Assembly: GCA_031282235.1 (NCBI GenBank)
Contig: JAITED010000130.1
Coordinates: 1 to 27,257, forward strand
Reading direction: 5' to 3'
Origin: Propionibacteriaceae bacterium
GTDB taxonomy: Bacteria; Actinomycetota; Actinomycetes; Propionibacteriales; Propionibacteriaceae
Length of the DNA stretch: 27,257 nt
The position numbers and the translations under genes are program-made. The notes beneath the pieces were generated by a model. The model did not search any database. It saw nothing but the letters and a program-made list of their open reading frames with translations, and was not told the DNA's origin. Below, piece after piece: positions 1 through 7,948 of this stretch (positions within the stretch are counted from its first letter, which is position 1; each line of letters opens with the position of its first letter).

Positions 1-41
1 CTGCGACTGCGTTCGCTGCGCTCACTTCGCGCAGTATGACG
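1..41. repeat. Right half of a CGTC-tagged REP-like palindromic element (truncated by window edge)
   Basis: Ends in ...GCGCAGTATGACG (reverse complement CGTCATACTGCGC, the CGTC-REP foot). Internal stem CTGCGC(16-21)/GCGCAG(29-34). The core CGCTGCGCTCACT(T)CGCGCAG is repeated at 55-74. Confidence 0.6.
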
Positions 42-91
42 GATAAGGGGGGTGCGCTGCGCTCACTCGCGCAGGGGGACGTATGGGGGTA

Positions 92-1087
92 TCAGTACCA
101 GTTTTTGGCTAGGAAAAAGTCCCAAGCACCGCAGGGGGTGGCGTAGCGGTTGGCGATGTAGTGCAAGCCCCACTTGATTTGGGTTTCGGCGTTGGTGCGC
201 CAATCGTCTCCGAACGCGGCCATCTTGTCGCCGGGGAGTGCTTGCGGGATGCCGTAAGCACCGGACCACTCGTTCTCCGCAGTGACCCGCCAGTTCGATT
301 CGCGTTGCCACAGGTTGACTAGGCACTGAAACTCGTTGTCATCCCAGCCGCGCTCGGATACGAGTCGGTGTGCAACCTCTTGCGCGCTGCCTGCGCTGAC
401 CACGCCGACGGAACCCACGCCAATCTCCAGTTTTTCTAGCACTGGCTCGCTGGTGATTTCGTCTAACAGCACGGTACGTGATTCCTCCACGCCGTCTACG
501 TATGTCACCTGCGATTTGATGGTACGAATCCCCGGCACGCCAGCCGCCAGCACCCGCGTCTCACCGGGGGCGAGGTCAGCGGTGTAGCTGCGGTTGGTGG
601 AGAAAGCTATCTCCTCCTCCTGAGTTTCCTCCTGCGTCACCACCCGCTGCAACCGGAGACGCATACCATCACGGACGCGAGCGGCGAGCGTGGCATTCAG
701 CCGGTCAGCGGCACCTAGCGTAAGGCCGCGCTCCAGCAACAGCGCCTCCACCGTATTAGCAGAGGTGTTGAAGTGGTGCGTGGCACCATCAACGCTCAAG
801 GTGACGTATTTAGGGGGATTGGTGCTGGGTTGCGAGTAGTTGATGGCGACGGACAACCCGTCGTAAACGTGGGTATCGGGCGAAGGTTCCACCGTCATAG
901 TGGGCGCAATGGGCACTCGCTCCGCAAAAAGCAGTTCTGCGACGGTATCAGCGTCGCTGCGCACAGTAGCGCTAACCCCGTCCACAGTGAGTGTCACATC
1001 GACTGTGGAGGCGCTAGTCATACCCAGGCCACTACATGTGGCACCCAAAGTGAGCGCCACAATACCTATTAACCTACGTAGCTGCAA
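92..1087 (-). CDS. Secreted cell-wall protein: DUF348 x2 + G5 + lytic transglycosylase-like domain (RpfB-like architecture)
   Basis: TTG start with SD GGAGGGG and a signal peptide. Two 'VTLxVDG...T...TV..LL' DUF348 repeats, a G5 domain (EEIAFST...PGETRV...GVPG), and a C-terminal CLVNLWQRESNW...SGAYGIPQALPG..M...DWRTN..TQIKWGL.YI..RY.TPC.AW catalytic domain. Confidence 0.88.
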   Translation of the reverse strand: MQLRRLIGIVALTLGATCSGLGMTSASTVDVTLTVDGVSATVRSDADTVAELLFAERVPIAPTMTVEPSPDTHVYDGLSVAINYSQPSTNPPKYVTLSVDGATHHFNTSANTVEALLLERGLTLGAADRLNATLAARVRDGMRLRLQRVVTQEETQEEEIAFSTNRSYTADLAPGETRVLAAGVPGIRTIKSQVTYVDGVEESRTVLLDEITSEPVLEKLEIGVGSVGVVSAGSAQEVAHRLVSERGWDDNEFQCLVNLWQRESNWRVTAENEWSGAYGIPQALPGDKMAAFGDDWRTNAETQIKWGLHYIANRYATPCGAWDFFLAKNWY

Positions 1088-1189
1088 CGGCTTCCCCTCC
1101 GTTAGCTTACGAATTACTTAGTCCACCCTACCGCCATCGCGCTTACCTTATCAAAACGCTAAGCCCGATTCGCAGTGTGGCTAGGGAAG

Positions 1190-1804
1190 TTAGACGAGCG
1201 CCCCCACCGCTTTGGCAGCGCTCAACCGGGCGGCGACATCATCCCAGTTGATTACGTTCCACCACGCGTTCACGTAGTCGGCTTTCACGTTGCGATACTG
1301 CAGATAGAAGGCGTGCTCCCACATGTCGAGTTGCAGTACGGGGAGTTGTCCCAGCGGTACGTTGCCCTGTTGGTCGAACAGTTGCAGCGTATTGAGGCGC
1401 TGCCCGATGGTGTCCCACGCCAGCACTGACCAGCCGGAACCTTGGATGCCCAGCGCGTTAGCGGTGAACTGCGCTTGGAACGGCGCAAAACCGCCGAAGT
1501 CAACGCCGATTTGTTCCGCGACCGCACCGGTCGGCTCGCCGCCGCCTGCCGGGGAGAGGTTCTTCCAAAACACTGAGTGGTTCAGATGCCCGCCCAAGTT
1601 GAACGCCAAATCTTTCTCCAATTTGTTGATAGCGCCGAAATCTCCCTTGTCGCGGGCTTCGGCCAACTTCTCCAACGCAGTGTTCGCACCGGCCACATAC
1701 GCGGCGTGATGCTTGTCGTGGTGCAGTTCCATAATCTGCGCACTGATATACGGCTCCAGCGCCGCGTAATCGTAATCCAAATCTGGGAGGGTGTAGACAG
1801 CCAT
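1190..1804 (-). CDS. sodA: Fe/Mn superoxide dismutase (Mn-type or cambialistic signature)
   Basis: [28 protein letters not shown] and [11 protein letters not shown] motifs. SD AAGGAG before the ATG. Confidence 0.96.
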   Translation of the reverse strand: MAVYTLPDLDYDYAALEPYISAQIMELHHDKHHAAYVAGANTALEKLAEARDKGDFGAINKLEKDLAFNLGGHLNHSVFWKNLSPAGGGEPTGAVAEQIGVDFGGFAPFQAQFTANALGIQGSGWSVLAWDTIGQRLNTLQLFDQQGNVPLGQLPVLQLDMWEHAFYLQYRNVKADYVNAWWNVINWDDVAARLSAAKAVGALV

Positions 1805-1941
1805 TTTGTCTCCTTCGATAGTGGCTAAGGGGAGTTTCCCTTAATCCGTGCTGTTTAGAGCAGGTTCTTATCTACATCAACCTTAGCTTTCCGCTACGTA
1901 TTCCGCGCGCCTAGCCTTAACTTGCTGGCAGAATGGAGACT

Positions 1942-2883
1942 ATGACCCAACCCAACCCGTACCAATTAGACGAGTCACCCAACCCATACGAACCGTTGCG
2001 CGCCGCGGCGCCAACCCCAGAATACGACTCGCCCCAGCCATCCGAGTCGCCCGATTTGAGTACGCTGCCGCCACCAACGCCACCAACGCCACCAACCCCC
2101 ACCCCACCCGCCTACGATTTAACCCATCCGGCGGTAGAGATTGTGGGGCTACACAAGAGTTTCGGTGATAAGCACGCAGTGGACAACCTCACCATGGCGG
2201 TGCCCTCCGGGTGCATGTTTGGGTTCGTGGGGCCAAACGGCGCTGGCAAAACCACCACTTTGTCGATGGTTACTGGGTTGTTGCGCCCGGATTACGGCAC
2301 TATCCGGCTGCTCGACTTCGATGTTTGGGAGCATCCGGTAGCAGCCAAGGCGCTGATAGGGGTGTTGCCGGATGGATTACGGCTATTCGACCGGCTCTCC
2401 GGCCTAGAGATGTTGCAGTTGTCCGCCGAGCTACACGGTATCTCCCCGCAGGTGGCGCATGAACGCGCGCAGCAGTTGTTAGAGGCGTTAGACCTCGCTA
2501 AAGACGCCGACATCATGGTCGCTGACTACTCGGCTGGCATGACCAAAAAGATTGGGTTGGCCTGTGCGCTGGTGCACAACCCTAAACTGTTGATTCTTGA
2601 CGAGCCGTTTGAGGCGGTGGACCCCGTATCTGGTCAGGTGATTCGGGAGATTTTACGGCAGTTTGTCGCCGCTGGCGGCACGGTCATCATGTCCTCACAT
2701 GTGATGGAGTTGGTGGAAACGCTGTGCGATGTGGTGGGCGTAATCGCCGCTGGGCACCTGTTGGCCGCCGGGCCGCTGGAGTCGGTGCGCGCCGGTAAGA
2801 GCCTGCAAGACCGCTTCGTGGAGTTAGTGGGTGGACGCGACCTAGACGGCGAGGGCTTGTCGTGGTTGGGTCAGGGGCACTGA
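1942..2883 (+). CDS. ABC exporter ATP-binding subunit with Pro-rich N-terminal extension
   Basis: Walker A GPNGAGKTT, signature YSAGM, Walker B LLILDEP, H-loop SSH. SD GGAG at 1935-1938 favours ATG 1942. Confidence 0.93.
   Translation: MTQPNPYQLDESPNPYEPLRAAAPTPEYDSPQPSESPDLSTLPPPTPPTPPTPTPPAYDLTHPAVEIVGLHKSFGDKHAVDNLTMAVPSGCMFGFVGPNGAGKTTTLSMVTGLLRPDYGTIRLLDFDVWEHPVAAKALIGVLPDGLRLFDRLSGLEMLQLSAELHGISPQVAHERAQQLLEALDLAKDADIMVADYSAGMTKKIGLACALVHNPKLLILDEPFEAVDPVSGQVIREILRQFVAAGGTVIMSSHVMELVETLCDVVGVIAAGHLLAAGPLESVRAGKSLQDRFVELVGGRDLDGEGLSWLGQGH
2070..2096 (+). repeat. 3 x 9-bp tandem repeat (GCCACCAAC) encoding Pro-Pro-Thr
   Basis: Read directly from the sequence: GCCACCAAC GCCACCAAC GCCACCAAC. 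Confidence 0.9.
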
Positions 2884-4529
2884 TGATTAAGCAACTGGGC
2901 ATCCTGCAACTCAAACTCACTTGGCGGGAACTGCATTCGTCTCGGCTCACCCTCATCGTTTCGCTACTGATGTATCTGGGGATAGTGGGCGGGGTGCTGC
3001 GGGCATCAATCGCGCTCGCTGACCTCTCTGATGCCTCCACAGCTTCGCTGGCGGCGATTACGGTGGCCGCTTTTGGGCTGCTCACGTTCTTATGGCCGGT
3101 TTCGATGGTGTTCGTGATGGGCAGCAACGAGATTCTTGACCCCGGGCGTTTCGCGCTCTACCCAATTAGCGGGCGCAAACTGCTGCCCGGCCTGCTCGCC
3201 GCAGGCTTTTTGGGGATGGGCGGGTTGTGTATGACGATTCTCTGGGTGGGTTATCAGATAGCTTGGTCTAGTGGCTCCGTAGCCGTGAGTGCGACCGCGC
3301 TGTTGGGGTACGCGCTGGGGTTCACGCTGTGCGTATTGTCGGGGCGTACCCTGTCGGCGCTGCTCACCAAGGTGTTCGCCAAACGCAAAGCGCGCGATGT
3401 GGGGATGGTGGGGTTGATGTTGTTCATCATCGGGCTGTCTTTTCTGGTGCAAATGCTGCCGATGACCATGGGCGACGGCGAGGGCGATATCGGTGTCAGT
3501 ATCAGTATCGAATCGCTGGCGAGTGGGTTGGGTGGCATCGCCGCTGTGATGAGTTGGACGCCGTTTGGCTGGCCATGGGCGGTTCCCGCCGCCGCTGCTG
3601 CTGGGAACTGGGGATTGGCGGCGCTGTTTGCACTCGGTACGCTCGCACTGTTGTGGGGTTTGGCTTGGGTGTGGCGGCGCGAGATTGAACGCGGGCTGGT
3701 CTCTCCGCTGGAGGTGGGCGGCACTGGGGAGCGTATCAAAGGCACGGGCTGGTACGACCGTTTCTTCCCGGCTGGCCCGGTGGGGTCAATCGCCAAGCGT
3801 TCCATGCGGTATTGGCGGCGGGACCCCAGACGCTTGATGGGGTTGATGTCGATGCTGCTGGTGCCGGTAATCTCCACCGTCAGCGTATTAGTAGGCATCA
3901 ACCAAGCCGGCGAGTCCATCGACGACCCGGTGGTAAGTATCGTAGTCAGCTATCTGCCGGTGCTATTCGCTTTCATGGCTGCCACCGCCACCATGTGGGA
4001 CATCTCATACGACGGCTCGGCGCTCGGCACCCAGATTGTCGCCGGAGTGGACGGGGTGACGGATAGGCGTGGCCGCGCTTGGGCGGCTTTGGCGATTTTT
4101 GTGCCGCTGCAACTGGTCTATCTGTTGGGAGTCTTTATTTACTTCGGAGTTTGGGAACAGTTCCCCAATGTGTTTGGGCTGAGCGTCGCTATTCTCTTGG
4201 GCGGTGTCGGTATCGGCTCTTGGGCGGGCGGCTATTGGCAGGCGGCGCAGCGTCCCGCTGGGCAGCTTACGTTTGGGAAGTCCAGCATGGTCGGCGGAGG
4301 AGCCACGTTCCTAGGTGCTTTAGTGGGGTTGCTCGCGCCGCTGGTTATCGTCATCCCCACCGTAGTCTGTGTGGTTTTTAGCTTCTGGCACCCTTGGCTC
4401 GCCGCCGTCGCGCTCCTAGTAGGTGTCGGTAGCGGCGCGCTGGTGTTGCACTTGGGCATAGTCCTCGGTGGCCGCCATTTAGATGCCACTTGGCCAGAAG
4501 TGCTGGAGCGAGTCACCTGGAAAGGTTAG
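2883..4529 (+). CDS. ABC-2-type exporter, large multi-pass permease
   Basis: Many hydrophobic segments in two halves separated by a basic loop ([11 protein letters not shown]). ATG 2883 overlaps the ATPase stop (TGATG), indicating translational coupling. Confidence 0.85.
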   Translation: MIKQLGILQLKLTWRELHSSRLTLIVSLLMYLGIVGGVLRASIALADLSDASTASLAAITVAAFGLLTFLWPVSMVFVMGSNEILDPGRFALYPISGRKLLPGLLAAGFLGMGGLCMTILWVGYQIAWSSGSVAVSATALLGYALGFTLCVLSGRTLSALLTKVFAKRKARDVGMVGLMLFIIGLSFLVQMLPMTMGDGEGDIGVSISIESLASGLGGIAAVMSWTPFGWPWAVPAAAAAGNWGLAALFALGTLALLWGLAWVWRREIERGLVSPLEVGGTGERIKGTGWYDRFFPAGPVGSIAKRSMRYWRRDPRRLMGLMSMLLVPVISTVSVLVGINQAGESIDDPVVSIVVSYLPVLFAFMAATATMWDISYDGSALGTQIVAGVDGVTDRRGRAWAALAIFVPLQLVYLLGVFIYFGVWEQFPNVFGLSVAILLGGVGIGSWAGGYWQAAQRPAGQLTFGKSSMVGGGATFLGALVGLLAPLVIVIPTVVCVVFSFWHPWLAAVALLVGVGSGALVLHLGIVLGGRHLDATWPEVLERVTWKG

Positions 4530-4546
4530 CTGCTAGATTAGTTGAC

Positions 4547-6373
4547 GTGAACAACAAACGCCCTCAGGACGTATTGCGCGAAATCTTTGGATACCACGAG
4601 TTTCGCGGGTTCCAAAGCGAAGTGATAACGCGGGTGTGTGCGGGTGGCGATGCCGTGGTTTTGATGCCCACCGGCGGCGGCAAATCGTTGTGTTATCAGA
4701 TACCGGCACTGCTGCGAGACGGCGTGGGGGTGGTGGTATCGCCGCTTATCGCGCTGATGCAAGACCAAGTGGATGCGCTGGCGCAGGTGGGCATAAAGGC
4801 CGGGTTCTTGAACTCCACTCAAACCAGGAGAGAACGCGCGGCGATGGAGTTGGCTTATCTGAATGGGGAGATTGACCTGCTGTATCTGTCCCCGGAGCGC
4901 TTAGTAATGCCGGAGACTCAGGAACTGTTACATCAGGGCAACGTGGCACTGTTCGCCATTGATGAGGCGCACTGCGTATCACAGTGGGGGCACGACTTTC
5001 GCCCCGAATATCTGCAACTCGATGTGTTGGCCGACGAGTGGCCGGACGTGCCGCGTATTGCACTCACTGCCACCGCCACGGTAGCCACTAGGGCAGAGAT
5101 TCGGGAACGGTTGCGCCTAGCGGACGCAGAAATGTTCGTAGCGTCGTTCAACCGCCCCAACATCCGCTACCGCATCGTCCCCAAAAGCTCGGAACTGTCG
5201 CAGTTGGTGGAGTTCATCCAAACGGAACACGCGGGGGAGTCCGGCATCGTATACGCGATGACCCGCAAGCGCACCGAGGACATAGCGGAGCGGCTGCGGA
5301 GCGAGGGTGTCACCGCGTTGCCGTATCACGCCGGGCTGTGCGCGCTGGAGCGCCGCGCCACCCAAGAGCGGTTCTTGCGCGAGGACGGTGTGGTGGTGGT
5401 CGCCACTATCGCGTTTGGGATGGGGATTGATAAACCGGATGTACGTTTCGTAGCTCACCTAGATTTGCCCAAGTCAATCGAGGGTTACTATCAGGAGACC
5501 GGGCGGGCGGGGCGTGATGGTGAACCCGCCGACGCTTGGATGGCGTATGGCCTTTCGGATGTGGTGGGGATGCGCCGGATCATCGCGGGTTCGCCAGATG
5601 AGCGCAACCAGACCCGATTGTTGAACGCGATGCTCTCGCTGTGTGAAACCGGGGAGTGCCGCCGGGTTGAGATGCTGCACTATTTCGACGAAGACACTGA
5701 ACCCTGCGGCAACTGTGACACCTGCCTGCAACCCCCGGTGCTGCTTGATGCCACCGTCAACGCTCAGAAACTGTTGTCCACCGCCGTCCGGTTGGAGCAG
5801 CGCTCGCAGCACTTCGGGGCGGGGCAGATTATCGACATTCTGCGCGGGCACAGCACCGCAAAAACGACGCAGTGGCACCACGAAACCCTATCCACTTGGG
5901 GCATCGGAGCAGATTTAGGCGATACCCAATGGCGGGTGGTGGTGCGCAGGCTGCTGGCCGACGGTGATTTAAGCGTGGGAGCGCACGATACGCTCCGGGT
6001 CACGCCCTCCGGTTGGGAGGTGCTGCGCGGGAATCGTAGCGTACAGATTCGTGAGAGCGTCATGGAATCGAAGCCTCGGGCCGCAACGGGAAAGTCCCGT
6101 TCCCAAGCTAAAGATGCGCTCGCCGCTGTCCCCGCCGCAGACCGGAAGCTGTTCACAGCGCTGCGGGCTTGGCGCGCCGAAGTCTCCAAAACTGACGGTG
6201 TGCCAGCGTATGTGGTGTTCCACGACGCCACCCTGCTAGAAATCGCTGGGCTGCGCCCCACGTCGCTAACCGAACTGGCCGCCGTAAACGGGGTGGGACA
6301 GACCAAACTGGAGCGCTACGGTGCAGCCGTACTGGAGATAGTAGCCACCCAATCCTTATACGAAACAACCTAA
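4547..6373 (+). CDS. recQ: ATP-dependent DNA helicase RecQ (helicase + RQC + one HRDC)
   Basis: [41 protein letters not shown], Zn motif CRR..YF...C.NCD.C, HRDC LRAWR...[16 protein letters not shown] 4547 chosen as start because the longer ORF overlaps the permease. Confidence 0.95.
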   Translation: MNNKRPQDVLREIFGYHEFRGFQSEVITRVCAGGDAVVLMPTGGGKSLCYQIPALLRDGVGVVVSPLIALMQDQVDALAQVGIKAGFLNSTQTRRERAAMELAYLNGEIDLLYLSPERLVMPETQELLHQGNVALFAIDEAHCVSQWGHDFRPEYLQLDVLADEWPDVPRIALTATATVATRAEIRERLRLADAEMFVASFNRPNIRYRIVPKSSELSQLVEFIQTEHAGESGIVYAMTRKRTEDIAERLRSEGVTALPYHAGLCALERRATQERFLREDGVVVVATIAFGMGIDKPDVRFVAHLDLPKSIEGYYQETGRAGRDGEPADAWMAYGLSDVVGMRRIIAGSPDERNQTRLLNAMLSLCETGECRRVEMLHYFDEDTEPCGNCDTCLQPPVLLDATVNAQKLLSTAVRLEQRSQHFGAGQIIDILRGHSTAKTTQWHHETLSTWGIGADLGDTQWRVVVRRLLADGDLSVGAHDTLRVTPSGWEVLRGNRSVQIRESVMESKPRAATGKSRSQAKDALAAVPAADRKLFTALRAWRAEVSKTDGVPAYVVFHDATLLEIAGLRPTSLTELAAVNGVGQTKLERYGAAVLEIVATQSLYETT

Positions 6374-6392
6374 CTTTCCCTCTTTCCCCTCG

Positions 6393-6407
6393 TCTTGGTT
6401 AGCGAGC
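6393..6407 (+). repeat. Left copy of 15-bp direct repeat TCTTGGTTAGCGAGC flanking the rpn gene
   Basis: Exact match to 7463-7477. Confidence 0.9.
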
Positions 6408-6430
6408 GCAGTCACAGCATCGTGAATCCG

Positions 6431-6457
6431 AGGTGTGGGGTTCAATCCCGCATCTTT
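6431..6457 (+). terminator. Hairpin downstream of recQ (possible weak intrinsic terminator)
   Basis: AGGTGTGGG / CCCGCATCT forms a 9-bp RNA stem (two G-U pairs) with a 7-nt loop and only a short T run. Confidence 0.4.
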
Positions 6458-6625
6458 GGCGCTGACACCGTGAATCATCTTCAAAAGTTATCCACAGATT
6501 GGGATTGGGTATGGATTAAACCTGTTCAAACCTGTATAAGCTCGAACATCAACGCACGCTGTAGACACACCGCGCACGCTACAACTACAAACCCAGCAAC
6601 GCCCAGAAAAGGGAACCCAACAAAC

Positions 6626-7441
6626 ATGCCTTTATTAAAATATCGACTCACCAATGATGTGCTATTCAAAATACTGTTTTCCCAAGTCCCAGACTTCCTT
6701 AAACGACTCGTCGCCGGAGTGCTAAACATTAGATTTGAAGACATTACCCAATTCGAGGTGGAACCAGCAGAAATACCACCAGAAGCAATCAACGATAAGT
6801 TCCTGCACCTAGACATCAATATGGTGCTGAACGGGCAACTAATCAATTTAGAGATACAGGTTGCCAACCAAAAAGACTACTTAGAGCGTTCCCTATACAA
6901 TTGGGCAACAATTTTCGCTAACGCACTGCCCGCCGGAGAAAAATACGCAGAACTACCCCGCGTAATAGTAATCAGCATCCTCGACTTCAAACAGTTCAAA
7001 AGCAAGGATTATCACTCGGTGTTTCAGGTGTGGGAAAACTCTCGTGGAGAACTTTTAACAGACCGGTTAGCGTTACATTACTTAGAGCTTAAAAAACTTC
7101 CCAAAGGCACAAATAGAGCAAGTGAATTAGAATTGCTGCTAAGCGCGTTTCGTGCTAGAACAGTCGAAGATTTGGAATCAATGCGAGAATCAGCGGTTCC
7201 GAACATGAACGAGGTGATAGACATGTACTGGAAAGTAACAGCAGACACCAAATTCCGCGAAATAGCACGCCTAAAAGAGAGAGCCCGCCACGACGAAGCC
7301 TCTGCTTTAAGCCAAGCAGAACAAAAAGGTGAACAAAGAGCCGACAAGAAGTGGAAACGCTTAACCGCCCAAAAAGATGCCGAGATTGCTAAACTAACCG
7401 CCGAAATCGCCCGCCTACAAGCCACAATCAGTCCCGCCTAA
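6626..7441 (+). CDS. Rpn family recombination-promoting nuclease / putative transposase (PD-(D/E)XK nuclease fold)
   Basis: N-terminal NDVLFKILF, catalytic LDI...INLEIQ, ERSLY, VIVISILDF, YLELKK, and a C-terminal coiled-coil tail. ATG 6626 follows AAAAGGGA. Three sampled 60-nt lines gave 37-47% GC, lower than the flanks. Confidence 0.9.
   Translation: MPLLKYRLTNDVLFKILFSQVPDFLKRLVAGVLNIRFEDITQFEVEPAEIPPEAINDKFLHLDINMVLNGQLINLEIQVANQKDYLERSLYNWATIFANALPAGEKYAELPRVIVISILDFKQFKSKDYHSVFQVWENSRGELLTDRLALHYLELKKLPKGTNRASELELLLSAFRARTVEDLESMRESAVPNMNEVIDMYWKVTADTKFREIARLKERARHDEASALSQAEQKGEQRADKKWKRLTAQKDAEIAKLTAEIARLQATISPA
7223..7441 (+). CDS. Putative intragenic small protein (RpnS-like antitoxin, 72 aa), in frame within rpn
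   Basis: SD GAGGTGA (7211-7217) lies 5 nt before an in-frame ATG at 7223, which starts the helical/coiled-coil C-terminal region. Confidence 0.55.
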   Translation: MYWKVTADTKFREIARLKERARHDEASALSQAEQKGEQRADKKWKRLTAQKDAEIAKLTAEIARLQATISPA

Positions 7442-7462
7442 CCATCCCACAGGCTTACCATA

Positions 7463-7477
7463 TCTTGGTTAGCGAGC
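7463..7477 (+). repeat. Right copy of 15-bp direct repeat TCTTGGTTAGCGAGC
   Basis: Exact match to 6393-6407. Confidence 0.9.
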
Positions 7478-7723
7478 AGTGAGGGTAGCGCACTTTTCCG
7501 TCGTGCTGCGAGATGGGGGCATAGGGTGGGGAGTGTGAAAAGTTTTGGGAAAGAGGATTTTGGGAGGAAGGATTTTTCTATAAACGGGATAACTCCGAAT
7601 AACTTTGCAAGGAATGCCACATAATTTGCAGTGACATGCGATGAGATGCACTGCATGTGGGGCGCATGATGCGTCCGAAGCCGTATCGTTTCAGATATCT
7701 TGCTGTTTTCGCTTGATATTTCC

Positions 7724-7752
7724 TTGACAACTGCTCGGGTACTGATTACCAT
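7724..7752 (+). promoter_or_regulatory. Sigma70-type promoter for the lipoprotein/ABC cassette
   Basis: TTGACA (7724-7729), 17-nt spacer, TACCAT (7747-7752). Confidence 0.7.
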
Positions 7753-7782
7753 GCGGGTAATAGAACAGCGGAGGGTGGATGT

Positions 7783-7804
7783 GGGGGGTAGTTATACCCC
7801 CCCC
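7783..7804. repeat. G/C-tract inverted repeat in the predicted 5' UTR
   Basis: GGGGGGTA-GTTA-TACCCCCC(CC): 8-bp perfect arms, with a C8 tract at 7797-7804. Confidence 0.7.
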
Positions 7805-7891
7805 GAAGTTACGACTCTTGCACGGTGTGTCGGGGCGCTCGTCCCTTTCGGGTGGTGTTTCGGCCTTAATTCAAAGGAAAGAGGCAGATAA

Positions 7892-7948
7892 ATGTTTAAG
7901 ATGCATCGTGCTTACTGCGAATGTGTGAGTTCCCCATGCGCGGCCTGA
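7892..7948 (+). CDS. Possible 18-aa upstream ORF MFKMHRAYCECVSSPCAA
   Basis: Purine-rich SD AAAGGAAAGAGG (7873-7884) precedes ATG 7892. The ORF overlaps the lipoprotein start out of frame. No homology evidence. Confidence 0.35.
   Translation: MFKMHRAYCECVSSPCAA

Noticed and set aside
1088-1189. c-di-AMP (ydaO) riboswitch upstream of the Rpf-like gene
   Set aside because: The intergenic region is only about 100 bp and lacks the conserved riboswitch motifs.
6395-6470. tRNA-like motif GGTTCAATCCC next to the left direct repeat (possible attB tRNA)
   Set aside because: No acceptor stem, D-arm or anticodon arm can be built, and the T-stem would have a G-G mismatch. The sequence is better explained as a simple 9-bp hairpin.
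6395-6625. 77-aa N-terminal extension of the Rpn ORF in the track
   Set aside because: TTG start without an SD, low-complexity translation, and overlap with the hairpin and repeat. Family homology begins at Met 6626.
6626-7441. Classical IS element
   Set aside because: No DDE, HUH or serine transposase motifs and no terminal inverted repeats. The 'transposase' label of the Rpn family is not evidence of an IS.
7438-7752. Minus-strand ORFs (104 aa and 60 aa) and the plus-strand ORF 7700-7891
   Set aside because: No recognisable motifs or SD, and they overlap the predicted promoter. Treated as chance ORFs.
7783-7804. CsoR/RicR copper-repressor operator
   Set aside because: Those operators read TAC-C-tract...G-tract-GTA. 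Here the order is reversed (G-tract-TA...TA-C-tract), and no copper genes are nearby.
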